A stretch of 64,000 nucleotides of DNA, from NCBI GenBank assembly GCA_027622595.1, contig JAQBZZ010000001.1, forward strand, positions 8,181 through 72,180. Reading direction: 5' to 3'. Origin of the DNA: Chloroflexota bacterium (GTDB lineage: Bacteria > Chloroflexota > Dehalococcoidia > Lucifugimonadales > UBA2985). Made by a program: the position numbers and the translations under genes. Shown piece by piece: positions 37,976-47,317 of the stretch (position 1 is the first letter of the stretch; each line of letters begins with the position of its first letter). A model generated the notes under the pieces. The model searched no databases and was not told the origin of the DNA. It was given only the letters and a program-made list of their open reading frames with translations.

Positions 37976-39054
37976 TGGTCAACGACGCTGCGTCCTTCCT
38001 GGACAATCCGGAAACACATGAAAGCCTGGACATCACTGGATTCCGGGACCGCATAGGAGACCTTCCCCATCAATGCCTTCGTGCCTGGGAGCAGGGGCTG
38101 AAATTCAGCCTACCCGACGACTACCGCAACGTGCGTAACGTGGTGGTGACCGGTATGGGAGGCTCGGCCATTGGGGGAGAGCTATTGGGAGACCTGATTT
38201 CCAAAGACGGGTCGCCCCTGGTGACCGTGTGCAGGGACTACCACCTGCCGCCATACCTTGGATCGGACTCCCTGGTCATCGCCTCCAGCTACTCAGGGAA
38301 CACCGAGGAGACCATCGCCGCATTTCATGATGCCATTCAACGAGGGGCAAAAGTAGTTGCTGTAACCACCGGAGGCCAACTGCTCAAACTGGCCCACGAG
38401 GAAGGCGTGCCTGTATTCCAAATCGACTACGTGGGAGAACCAAGGGCGGCCCTTGGCTACAGCTTCCTTGTCCCTCTGGCCATTCTGCAAAACCTGCGGC
38501 TGATTGCCGACAGCGATGAGGCTGTACTGGAGGCAGCGGAGGTACTGCTCTCTCTGAGCCATAGACTGAAGCCAAAGATACCCACCCAGGACAATCCGGC
38601 CAAGGAACTGGCTATATCCCTCCACGGAAAGCTTATAGTGATCTACGGAGGCGGAATGCTTTCCGGGGTGGCCCGTAGGTGGAAGACCCAGTTCAACGAG
38701 AATGCCAAGACCTGGGCCTTTGTGGAACTCCTGCCGGAAGCGGGCCATAATGCCATCGCCGGACTTCAATGGCCGAAGCCGATTGGCAAGAAGGCGTGCG
38801 GGGTGCTGTTGAATACCTGGAGTCTCCATCCCCGTATCAAGCTGAGATACCAGATGATAGAGGAGCTTCTGGGCAAGGCTGGCGTGGAGTGCCGTACGGT
38901 GGATGGAGTGGGGAAAAGTACCCTGGCACAGATGCTCAGCTCCGTTCTGTTCGGAGACTACACCAGCTATTACCTGGCACTGCTGAATGGAGAGGACCCC
39001 TCTCCGGTATCGCCGTTGGACTACCTTAAGAGTAGGCTGAAGGACTTGCAGTAG
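37975..39054 (+). CDS. Bifunctional phosphoglucose/phosphomannose isomerase (SIS domains)
   Basis: 359 aa with GMGGSAIGG, SYSGNTEET and C-terminal EDPSPV, typical of the PGI/PMI family. The start overlaps the PMM stop (TGATG). Confidence 0.85.
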   Translation: MVNDAASFLDNPETHESLDITGFRDRIGDLPHQCLRAWEQGLKFSLPDDYRNVRNVVVTGMGGSAIGGELLGDLISKDGSPLVTVCRDYHLPPYLGSDSLVIASSYSGNTEETIAAFHDAIQRGAKVVAVTTGGQLLKLAHEEGVPVFQIDYVGEPRAALGYSFLVPLAILQNLRLIADSDEAVLEAAEVLLSLSHRLKPKIPTQDNPAKELAISLHGKLIVIYGGGMLSGVARRWKTQFNENAKTWAFVELLPEAGHNAIAGLQWPKPIGKKACGVLLNTWSLHPRIKLRYQMIEELLGKAGVECRTVDGVGKSTLAQMLSSVLFGDYTSYYLALLNGEDPSPVSPLDYLKSRLKDLQ

Positions 39055-39228
39055 AGCAATCTGTGGCAATACCTATCTGTTAGGGTAGTTCCTTCTCTCA
39101 GAACGAAAAGTGGGGACAGCAGAGGGGCCCGCCCTGCCTTGGAGAAAACCCTACTTTACCTTACAATAAGCTCAAAGGAAGGTAATATTCCCTTAAGTCA
39201 TGTACATCAAGGATGATATGGCCCTAAT

Positions 39229-39344
39229 GTCATTCTGAGCGAAGCGAAGAATCTAAAACCCTCGCTTAGACACGGCACTTCGCCTTAGATTCTTCGGTCG
39301 CGGAGTTTACCCTGAGTCTGGCGAACGGGCTCCCTCAGAATGAC
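39229..39344. repeat. Copy (f) of the modular repeat family, a complete nested hairpin element
   Basis: GTCATTCTGAG...CTCAGAATGAC is an 11-bp terminal inverted repeat. A second internal inverted pair reads GAAGAATCTAA...TTAGATTCTTC. It lies 48 nt upstream of ffh. Confidence 0.85.
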
Positions 39345-39391
39345 ATGGGTGGATGTAGTGTTCTGAGGGGATAGTCGCATAAAGGAAACCT

Positions 39392-40723
39392 ATGTTCGAA
39401 TCCCTATCTGAAAAGCTAACCGCCGTCTTCAGCCGCCTCTCCGGTAAAGGCCGTCTCACCGAGAAAGAGGTGGATGAAGGTCTCAGGGAAGTACGTTTGG
39501 CACTGCTGGAGGCCGACGTCAACTTCCGCGTAGCACGTGACTTCGTTCAAAAAGTTCGCGAAAGAGCCGTTGGCAGTCAGGTGCTTGAAAGTCTTAGTCC
39601 CGGCCAGCAGATAGTGAAGATAGTCAACGAGGAGCTTATCGTCATATTGGGCGGTGAGTCCTCCAAGCTGGTCGGTTCTGACCACTCCCCCTCGGTATTG
39701 ATGCTGGCGGGCCTTCAGGGGTCTGGTAAGACGACCACCGCCGCCAAGCTGGCCCTTCATCTCAAACGCGACGGCCACAAGGTTCTGCTGGTGGCCGCAG
39801 ACCTTCGTCGTCTGGCTGCGGTGGAGCAGTTGGAGACTTTGGGCCGTCAGCTTGACGTGCCCGTGTACAGCGAGGCATCCGACTCCAGCGCTCTGAATGT
39901 GTGCCGCCGGGGGGTGCAGAAGGCAAAGGACATCGGAGCCGCGTGGGTCATCCTGGACACCGGGGGGCGGCTCCACATAGACGACGAGATGATGGAGGAG
40001 CTTGAGGAGATAAAGAAGGCCACGTCGCCCTCGGAACTTCTACTGGTTGTAGACTCCATGACGGGCCAGGATGCCGTCAACTCCGCCCAGAGCTTCAATG
40101 AGAGAATAGGTCTGACCGGCCTGATCATGAGTAAAATGGACGGCGATGCCCGTGGAGGTGCGGCCCTCTCCATAACTCAGGTCACAGGGCTGCCCGTAAA
40201 ATTCATTGGCACCGGAGAAAGGGCCGAAGCGCTGGAGGCTTTCCATCCGGACCGCCTCGCATCCCGTATTCTTGGCATGGGTGACATCCTCACCCTTGTG
40301 GAAAGGGCGCAGGAGAACATGGACCAGGAGCGCGCCAAGGAGATGGAGCGCAAGATACGCAGTGCAACATTCAATCTTGAGGACTTCCTTGAGCAGCTTC
40401 ACCAGATAAAGCGCATGGGGCCGCTCAGCCAGGTGTTGGAGATGATACCCGGCTTCTCTTCGCTGTCCAAACGGATGTCGCCGGAAGACCTGGATGGAGA
40501 CCACATGAAATCCCTGGAGGCCATAGTCTACTCCATGACTCCAAAGGAGCGCCGCAACCCGGACATCCTCAACGGCAGCCGGCGACGTCGCATCGCCAGT
40601 GGCAGCGGTACCACGCCCCAGCAGGTGAACCAGCTGCTCAATCAGTTCCGCCAGATGCAGAAGATGATGAAGCAGATGTCCTCCGGCAAAATGCCGCGGG
40701 GGATCAGGAGCATGTTCGGATAG
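39392..40723 (+). CDS. ffh: Signal recognition particle protein Ffh
   Basis: 443 aa with GLQGSGKTTT, DTGGRLH and a Met-rich M domain (FRQMQKMMKQM). Confidence 0.96.
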   Translation: MFESLSEKLTAVFSRLSGKGRLTEKEVDEGLREVRLALLEADVNFRVARDFVQKVRERAVGSQVLESLSPGQQIVKIVNEELIVILGGESSKLVGSDHSPSVLMLAGLQGSGKTTTAAKLALHLKRDGHKVLLVAADLRRLAAVEQLETLGRQLDVPVYSEASDSSALNVCRRGVQKAKDIGAAWVILDTGGRLHIDDEMMEELEEIKKATSPSELLLVVDSMTGQDAVNSAQSFNERIGLTGLIMSKMDGDARGGAALSITQVTGLPVKFIGTGERAEALEAFHPDRLASRILGMGDILTLVERAQENMDQERAKEMERKIRSATFNLEDFLEQLHQIKRMGPLSQVLEMIPGFSSLSKRMSPEDLDGDHMKSLEAIVYSMTPKERRNPDILNGSRRRRIASGSGTTPQQVNQLLNQFRQMQKMMKQMSSGKMPRGIRSMFG

Positions 40724-40735
40724 AGCCTCACCACG

Positions 40736-40790
40736 AACTCTTCGTCGCGGAATTTACCCTGAGTTCATCTAATGGGCTCCTCAGAATGAC
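40736..40790. repeat. Copy (g) of the modular repeat family (right-half element)
   Basis: TTCGTCGCGGAATTTACCCTGAGTTCATCTAATGGGCTCCTCAGAATGAC matches the copy at 47246-47295 in 47 of 50 positions. Confidence 0.85.
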
Positions 40791-40989
40791 GTTTTGGGTA
40801 AGGCACCAAGCTGCCCTGGTTTTGCAGGATAATCGTAATCAGGCAGGCCTTATCGGCATAATTCTGTAGCATAGGAAACCGCACGGGTGCCGAAGCTTGA
40901 CCCACCACACACCGCTGCTTATAATGCGCGCAGCGTGCGGCGGAGGCTCTTACCTGGAGGTTATTTCTCAGATATCAGGAGGAAAGGCC

Positions 40990-43659
40990 ATGATTCAGGT
41001 ACAAGCGGAGGCCGGTGCTAAACCTCAGGCGCTGTCCGGGATACGAGTGTTGGATTTCACGTGGGTACGGGCTGGCCCCTGGGCCGTGCGCTGGTTGGGC
41101 TCGCTGGGTGCTCAGGTCATAAAGGTAGAATGGCCCCTGCGTGAGATTGGCCGGACCTTTCTGATTCAGCCGGGTCAGCAGCCCAACTTCAATGCATCCG
41201 GCAACTTCAACGACACCAACGCCAACAAGCTCAGCCTGACCTTGAATGTGCGCACCACCAAGGGCAGGGACCTCATCAAGCACCTCATCTCCATCTCCGA
41301 CGTTGTAATCGAGAACTACAGCTCACGGGTCATGCATGACTGGGGTCTTGGCTACGAAGAGCTCTGCAAGCTGCGTCCGGATATCGTCTACGTCTCACTG
41401 GCCGGGTTCGGCCACACGGGGCGTCACCACCACTACACCACATGGGGCCCCTCCGCTCAGGCCCTCTCCGGCATGACTCACCTCTCGGGACTGCCTGGCG
41501 AACCACCAGCGGGCTGGGGATGGTCATATCTGGACGATACCGGCGGCATGTATGGGACCATGTCTGTTCTCACCGCCCTTCAACATCGCGCTATGACAGG
41601 CCAGGGACAGCACGTTGACCTCTCCCAGATGACAATGGGTATCACCCTCAACGGCTCCTCTCTCCTGGATGCCACCGTCAACGGCCGCCCATCCCGACGG
41701 GAAGGATATCCACCCGGCAACCGCGCCCATTGGCCCGGCACACCCTTGATCGATAACTACCGCGGGCCAACCGTCGCGCCGCACAACACCTACCGAACCA
41801 GTGGTGACGGCTACAACGACTGGTGCGTCATCGTCTGCCACTCGGACCAGGAGTGGCAGCGCCTGGTGGATGTCATGGGCTCCCCCGGTTGGGCCACCGC
41901 GCCCAAGTTTGCCACCCAGGCAGGGCGTCTTGAGCACCAGGAAGAGCTGGATAAGGGCATTGGTGAGTGGGCTCAAACCCTGGAGAAGTACGAGATTATG
42001 GAGAAGTGTCAGGCCTCAGGGGTGCGTGCTATGCCCGTCCAGAGCAACGAGGACAGGGTGGAGCACGACGTACAGCTTCGACACAGGGGCATGTACCTGG
42101 AGATGGATCACGCGGAGCTTGGAGTCAGGAAGCTTCAGAACGCCCCGTTTAAAATGTCCGAGAGTCCTGCGGTGAACACTCTATCCGGCCCCCTGATAGG
42201 AGAGCACAACCAGCAAATACTCGAAGGGCTGCTTGGCCTGAGCCACGAAGAGTTCATAGAAGGCTTCGAGGACGAGACCTTCTGGCCCAAGAGCCTGAAC
42301 CGCTACCCCTATATGGACGAGATGCTACAAAATGGCCCAATTGGCAATGGTGCAGACCACCTCATGCTTCCCGGTCACGAGGCTCTGTCCCAATTTGAAA
42401 AAATATCTGAAACGCCGACAAACACCGGCCCCCTGGCTGGCATACGGGTGCTGGAGTTGGCCGATGAGAAAGGCCAGTGGTGTGGGAAGCTCATGGCCGA
42501 CCTTGGCGCCGACGTCATCAAGATAGAGCCCCCTACTGGCGAAGCCACCCGCTCCGTAGGCCCATTCTTGGATGATGTGCCTCACCAGGAGCGCAGCTTG
42601 TCGTTCTGGCACTACAATACTTCTAAAAGAGGGATAACGCTTAGCCTGGAGACTGAGGACGGGCGAAGGCTGTTCAAACAGATGGCGGAGAAGGCCGACG
42701 TAATCCTGGAGACCTTCAAGCCCGGCTATATGGCCTCTCTGGGGCTGGGGCATGACGAGCTTAAGAAAAACAACCCTGGCCTGATAACGTGCTCGTTGAC
42801 ACCCTTCGGGCAGACTGGGCCTTGGAAAGACTATCTGGACAGCGACCTGCTTCAACTGGCTGCTGGGGGTCAGATGGGCTGCTGTGGCTATGATGAAGAG
42901 GACGTACCGGGTGCGCCGCCCATCGCACCAGGCGGTGGACAGGCATGGCACATGGCGGGTCACTACGCCTACATCGCCATTACCGCTGCCCTGATTCATC
43001 GTGCAGCCACTGGCAAGGGGCAGTCCATCGACACCTCCGTGCACGACGCGTGCGCTCTCACTACTGAAATGCACATATCTACCTGGATATACGACGGCAA
43101 GGTGCCACTCCGCCATACAGGGCGACATGCCTCACCAGCCGTAAGCCCCAAGCTACAGCACCTGTGCAGCGACGGCCGTTACCTGATAACCGCCGCCCTG
43201 CGGCTTGCCCCAAGGCAACTGAGGATTGTGGCAGAATGGATGGACGGCTACGGCATGGCAGACGACCTCATGGATGAGAAATTTCAGGACGGAGCGGTGA
43301 TCCAGGCGAACATGCCCCACATCGTCGAAGCAATAACCAGATTTGTCACCAGCCGCACGTCAGAGGAGATATACAACGGAGCGCAGGAGCGCGGGTTTCC
43401 CTGGGGTACCATCCGCGCCCCCGACGACCTGCTCGACGACGGCCACCTTCAGGACAGGGGCTTCTGGGTCAACGTGGAGCACCCGGAGCTTGGGCGTAGC
43501 TTCACATATCCGGGGACGTACGCCATATACGGAAAATCTCCCTGGAACCTCTCACGAAGGGCTCCATTAATCGGCGAGCACAACCGGGAGGTGCTTGGCG
43601 GAGAGTTGGGGCTGACTTCGGCTGAACTGGCCGCCCTGGCTGATCAAGGCGTGGTTTAG
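40990..43659 (+). CDS. Tandem fusion of two family III (CaiB/BaiF) CoA-transferase modules
   Basis: 889 aa from ATG 40990 (GGAGGAAAGG upstream). Module 1 starts IRVLDFTWVRAGPWA...GAQVIKVE. Module 2 starts IRVLELADEKGQWCG...GADVIKIE. Each module ends with a G(Q/E)HN-type motif. Confidence 0.85.
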   Translation: MIQVQAEAGAKPQALSGIRVLDFTWVRAGPWAVRWLGSLGAQVIKVEWPLREIGRTFLIQPGQQPNFNASGNFNDTNANKLSLTLNVRTTKGRDLIKHLISISDVVIENYSSRVMHDWGLGYEELCKLRPDIVYVSLAGFGHTGRHHHYTTWGPSAQALSGMTHLSGLPGEPPAGWGWSYLDDTGGMYGTMSVLTALQHRAMTGQGQHVDLSQMTMGITLNGSSLLDATVNGRPSRREGYPPGNRAHWPGTPLIDNYRGPTVAPHNTYRTSGDGYNDWCVIVCHSDQEWQRLVDVMGSPGWATAPKFATQAGRLEHQEELDKGIGEWAQTLEKYEIMEKCQASGVRAMPVQSNEDRVEHDVQLRHRGMYLEMDHAELGVRKLQNAPFKMSESPAVNTLSGPLIGEHNQQILEGLLGLSHEEFIEGFEDETFWPKSLNRYPYMDEMLQNGPIGNGADHLMLPGHEALSQFEKISETPTNTGPLAGIRVLELADEKGQWCGKLMADLGADVIKIEPPTGEATRSVGPFLDDVPHQERSLSFWHYNTSKRGITLSLETEDGRRLFKQMAEKADVILETFKPGYMASLGLGHDELKKNNPGLITCSLTPFGQTGPWKDYLDSDLLQLAAGGQMGCCGYDEEDVPGAPPIAPGGGQAWHMAGHYAYIAITAALIHRAATGKGQSIDTSVHDACALTTEMHISTWIYDGKVPLRHTGRHASPAVSPKLQHLCSDGRYLITAALRLAPRQLRIVAEWMDGYGMADDLMDEKFQDGAVIQANMPHIVEAITRFVTSRTSEEIYNGAQERGFPWGTIRAPDDLLDDGHLQDRGFWVNVEHPELGRSFTYPGTYAIYGKSPWNLSRRAPLIGEHNREVLGGELGLTSAELAALADQGVV

Positions 43660-43699
43660 CACATGGGCATCGGCTACGCGTTTCAGCATGACTGAAGAG

Positions 43700-44527
43700 T
43701 CAGTTCTTCAATAGCATCCCGGGCTGACACTGGCGGCAGTAGTTGGTGAGCCTGTGGTTCGCGCCGATGGTGGTAATGTTTCCGCCGCAGTTGGGGCACG
43801 GTGATCCCCCTTTGCCGTGCACTGCAAGGAAGTCCCTGACCTTCAGATGTATATCGTCGCCTGTGCGCTCCCGCAGGACGGCGATGGCGTGGTGCAGCAC
43901 GTTGGGAATTGCCAGGTGCAAACTGCCAAGTTCCTCTTCGGAGAGGGCAGAGCGCTTCTTGAACGGGAAGATACCGGCTGCAAAGAGGACCTCGTCCGCG
44001 TAGGCATTGCCGATGCCGGCGAGAAACTGCCCCCGGGCGAGCACCCCTTTGATCTCCCCTTGAAAACGGCGCAGTCCCTGTTTGAACTCTGGAAACGCAG
44101 GGTACTGGTCAAGGACATCCGGCCCCTGTTCGCCAAGGCGTGGCACCTCTTCCAGTTGCGAGGACTCAATGTAGTAGGCCATGCCCATCTGGGTCTCGTC
44201 CAGGTACCGCAGCTCCTTCCCGTTGGACAATGACAGTCGAAAGGATGTCCTCTTGACCAGCCGTGTAGACGGCGGGCAGAGCTGGATTGCCCCGGTGAGC
44301 ATTGGGTTCACCAACAGCATTCGCTCTGCCGAGAGTTCCATGAGGAGGAATTTGCCCCTGCGGCTGAAGCCAAGGAAGGAGCGTCCAGCTACGTCCTGGA
44401 CAAAATCGATGGGAGTAAGGACACGCAACTCAAGAGGTTTTAACACTTGGGCCTGCTCGACAAGCAGACCCTTGGCCCGTTGGTTTAGGAAGTCCTTTAT
44501 GACCTCCAGGTCGGGGGCTTCAGGCAT
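43700..44527 (-). CDS. mutM: Formamidopyrimidine-DNA glycosylase (Fpg/Nei family)
   Basis: MPEAPDLE N-terminus (catalytic Pro2/Glu3), H2TH region and a C-terminal zinc finger CPNCGG...CRQCQ. Confidence 0.9.
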   Translation of the reverse strand: MPEAPDLEVIKDFLNQRAKGLLVEQAQVLKPLELRVLTPIDFVQDVAGRSFLGFSRRGKFLLMELSAERMLLVNPMLTGAIQLCPPSTRLVKRTSFRLSLSNGKELRYLDETQMGMAYYIESSQLEEVPRLGEQGPDVLDQYPAFPEFKQGLRRFQGEIKGVLARGQFLAGIGNAYADEVLFAAGIFPFKKRSALSEEELGSLHLAIPNVLHHAIAVLRERTGDDIHLKVRDFLAVHGKGGSPCPNCGGNITTIGANHRLTNYCRQCQPGMLLKN

Positions 44528-44554
44528 TGTCCAGTTCCAAATTCCGTCTACGTC

Positions 44555-45388
44555 CTAGCTCTTTGGCAATACCAGGTATACAAAGCTAACTATGTCATCG
44601 AAACCACCACGAGCATGATAAGAACGAGGAGACCGTAGGAAAATCTTGACCTCCATACTGGCTCCTATATCTTGTTCACCGACTTGCCACCTTAAGGTCG
44701 TGTCTTTGGTATATTCGACTATCGTATGAAAACTGGGCCATATTTGCAGCTGCGATTCGCAGGTATCTCCCCTTGGGTCCCACGCCTTTACAACAAATGT
44801 GACTTCATCACCTGGGCGCAATACCCTGCCTGTATTAATATAGCTTTCGGAACTTGTGGCCAAATTGCCTAAACTATCTTTTACGTATTCGATTCGGGGG
44901 AAATACTCATCAGAAGGAGTTTTTTGGCTACGGTAGAACGTGATCTTGCTTCTTATCTCTCCACTTATCCCGCTAATCAACTCTGCCTGATAAGGGAATA
45001 GCTCTCTTCTGTGTGCGTCCGGGTTGCGGAAGTCCTCCAGCTTATCAAGATAGACTTCCATAGTCTTCCAGTCCCCAAAGCATGGCTCAAACAGTTGCCA
45101 GTTCTTTTTAAGAATGGTTGGGATATCATAGAAATCGGCGTAGTAGAGGAGGCGTTCCTCCACTCCACTTCCCCGGAGACGTCTTCGCTCTTCTTCCCTT
45201 CGCTCATTCCACCTGTCAACACGTTCTGGTGTAACCCCACACTTAGCTACCCAGGAATCCCCGAATTGTTCTCGCAGTACTTCTTCAATGAAGTCACGGA
45301 GTACATTCTCTACGGACTTTAGGGCATCATTAGCGTCTGTCACAGTAGCTCGCAATCCCAGCCCATCTCTATTTAACCAAGGGAGCAC
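44555..45388 (-). CDS. Swt1-like HEPN domain protein with an uncharacterised beta-rich C-terminal domain
   Basis: 277 aa. It has an N-terminal helical domain with LEDFRNPDAHRRE (an Rx4H HEPN motif in RNxxxH form). The gene is visibly lower in GC than its flanks: sampled lines gave 43-47% against about 62% in mutM. Confidence 0.6.
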   Translation of the reverse strand: MLPWLNRDGLGLRATVTDANDALKSVENVLRDFIEEVLREQFGDSWVAKCGVTPERVDRWNERREEERRRLRGSGVEERLLYYADFYDIPTILKKNWQLFEPCFGDWKTMEVYLDKLEDFRNPDAHRRELFPYQAELISGISGEIRSKITFYRSQKTPSDEYFPRIEYVKDSLGNLATSSESYINTGRVLRPGDEVTFVVKAWDPRGDTCESQLQIWPSFHTIVEYTKDTTLRWQVGEQDIGASMEVKIFLRSPRSYHARGGFDDIVSFVYLVLPKS

Positions 45389-45448
45389 GGCCTTTGCAAA
45401 AGCCTTTCGTGTGCATGCTGCGTAAAAATGCGGCGGAGGAGCCGCGAC

Positions 45449-46342
45449 TCAGTTCTGGCTGAACTGGTCACCCAGCTGGTCAAGGAAGTCCTGCACCTCT
45501 GTGGAGAGTTCCGGGTCCTCCTCATCTCTGTCCTCCTCCATCCTCTTGACCCTTTCCTCGTACTGGCGTTCCAGTTGCTCCACAAGGCCCCTTACCTCCG
45601 GGTTGCGGTTCATGGCTGAGGATATTTCCTCATTCTGCTGACTGGCCCGCATCTTGACCCTCTCCAGGTCCATGTCAAAGCCGTACAGCTGGCACAGCAG
45701 TTCCAGCAGGCGTAGACGGCCGGCGTGGTCCACATCCATCTGTGCATACTGGGGTAGGTGGGCTATCAGTCCCATTGTCTCAATACCCAGCTTTGCCGCT
45801 TCCTGCGAAATCAGGGAGGCGATGCTGGTTGGCCCCTCATAGCTGCTGGAATGTACGCCGAAGCTCTTCACACGCTTCAGAGTCTCTTCCCCGGTGGCTG
45901 ACCCGGTTACAAGTATTGGCCGCGTATGTGGTACCAGGTCATACATGGCTCCAAGAAGACAGTACCGTGTGACTCCAAACTTCTCAAGGAGCTTCGTGAT
46001 GGATTGAACGTAGGCTTCACCGTTCAGGTGGGGTTCCAGCAGATGTAGGAATATAAAATCGTTGTCCCCCGGCCCACGGGCGTAGCTGACGTTTACGGTG
46101 GGCACAGTCACCTGACGCTGCCCTTCAATGGTGTGGATGGTGGGACGATACCGGGTGAAATCGAAGAAGATTCCCGGCCTTGCGATCTTGGCCATGTCCT
46201 GAGCCTGGAAGTGGCGCTCCAGGCTGCGGAATGTGAGTCTGCCAACGCTTCCAACGTCCACCCAGGGGCGGAGAGTGGCGATGGCATGGGGGCTCCTCAA
46301 TTCCGGTATGGGTTCTTCTATCTCAAAGGCTCCGAATTTCAT
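45449..46342 (-). CDS. PAC2 family protein (proteasome assembly chaperone 2-like)
   Basis: 297 aa. The overall pattern (LRSPHAIATLRPWVDVGSVG..., HLLEPHLNGEAY, an acidic C-terminal tail) resembles actinobacterial PAC2/DUF75 proteins. Confidence 0.65.
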   Translation of the reverse strand: MKFGAFEIEEPIPELRSPHAIATLRPWVDVGSVGRLTFRSLERHFQAQDMAKIARPGIFFDFTRYRPTIHTIEGQRQVTVPTVNVSYARGPGDNDFIFLHLLEPHLNGEAYVQSITKLLEKFGVTRYCLLGAMYDLVPHTRPILVTGSATGEETLKRVKSFGVHSSSYEGPTSIASLISQEAAKLGIETMGLIAHLPQYAQMDVDHAGRLRLLELLCQLYGFDMDLERVKMRASQQNEEISSAMNRNPEVRGLVEQLERQYEERVKRMEEDRDEEDPELSTEVQDFLDQLGDQFSQN

Positions 46343-46434
46343 GGATACATGTTACCACAGCATGCATGTGTGTTGCAGTCGTGTATGTTTTTCTCAGGGG
46401 AAGGGTCCAATGCTGCCTGCGTCGCATAATACAC

Positions 46435-46461
46435 GAGCGCCTCCCATTATGGGAGGCGCTC
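46435..46461 (-). terminator. Terminator-like hairpin downstream of sodN
   Basis: GAGCGCCTCCC-ATTAT-GGGAGGCGCTC is a perfect 11-bp GC-rich stem about 50 nt after the sodN stop. Confidence 0.55.
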
Positions 46462-46511
46462 GCAAGTTGGCATTGTTACGGCACTCAGGAGAGTCCCTTT
46501 CAATTCGGAAA

Positions 46512-47009
46512 CTAGGCCCCGAAGCGTACGTCGGCCACGGTATCCTTCCAGGGGGTGTTCTTGGTGGCCCAGAAAATCTCTGCCACCTTGTCCACAGTAG
46601 CCACAAGGTCCTTGGAGGCATCCAGGTCGACCCTCTGCTTGTTTGCGCCGCAGAGCTTGGCAGCCTTCCAGAAGGTATCGTGGAGGTCAGGGTACTTCTC
46701 TACGTGCTCAGGCCTGAAGTAGTCGCCCCACAGAATCGAGAGCTCCTTCTTGCAAGTCTGGGCATGCTCCTCTTTGACCGCTACGTACCGACCCAGCGTG
46801 TTCTCGTATGTGGTCCAGGCATCGGCGCTATCGTCGGCACCGGGCTTCTGCAGAGCCTGGATTCGCATGACCATCTTCTGAACAGTCTGGGCTGCTATCT
46901 TAGCTGTGATAGGATCGTAGATTCCGCAGGGAATATCGCAGTGGGCGTAACCCTTTTCAGATGGGAGTGCCTTAACAATTGCGCTGACAGCCTGCCTGAG
47001 TATAGACAT
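46512..47009 (-). CDS. sodN: Nickel superoxide dismutase precursor
   Basis: A propeptide MSILRQAVSAIVKALPSEKGYA is followed by the Ni-hook HCDIPCGIYDP. Confidence 0.93.
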   Translation of the reverse strand: MSILRQAVSAIVKALPSEKGYAHCDIPCGIYDPITAKIAAQTVQKMVMRIQALQKPGADDSADAWTTYENTLGRYVAVKEEHAQTCKKELSILWGDYFRPEHVEKYPDLHDTFWKAAKLCGANKQRVDLDASKDLVATVDKVAEIFWATKNTPWKDTVADVRFGA

Positions 47010-47167
47010 GAGTACCTCCTAGCAAAAATGGTTTTTGAGTAACTTATAGTTTAAAGCAATGAGTCCATGCTGCCAAGGGGCATGGTAAATCTCGTACGGT
47101 CCCATGTGCCGTCAGGTCTGGTATCATTGGGAGGTTGAGCCTTGCCCAAAAAGTCGAGACTTACCAT

Positions 47168-47296
47168 GTCACCCTGAGCCGAAGGCGGACGAAGGGTCTG
47201 GGGTAGCGGGGTTATCTTGAACACGTTGAAACCCCATCCCAGATTCTTCGTCGCGGAATTTACCCTGAGTTCATCGAATGGGCTCCTCAGAACAAC
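47168..47296. repeat. Copy (h) of the modular repeat family, in the sodN/sodX divergent region
   Basis: GTCACCCTGAGCCGAAGGCGGACGAAGGGTC...AGATTCTTCGTCGCGGAATTTACCCTGAGTTCATCGAATGGGCTCCTCAGAACAAC. Confidence 0.8.
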
Positions 47297-47317
47297 ATTT
47301 TAGGCAAGACCGGGAAA

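Noticed and set aside
40897-40989. A 31-codon N-terminal extension of the CoA-transferase ORF (track start 40897).
   Set aside because: It has no homology to the family. ATG 40990 has a GGAGGAAAGG Shine-Dalgarno and gives the usual distance to the IRVLDF motif.
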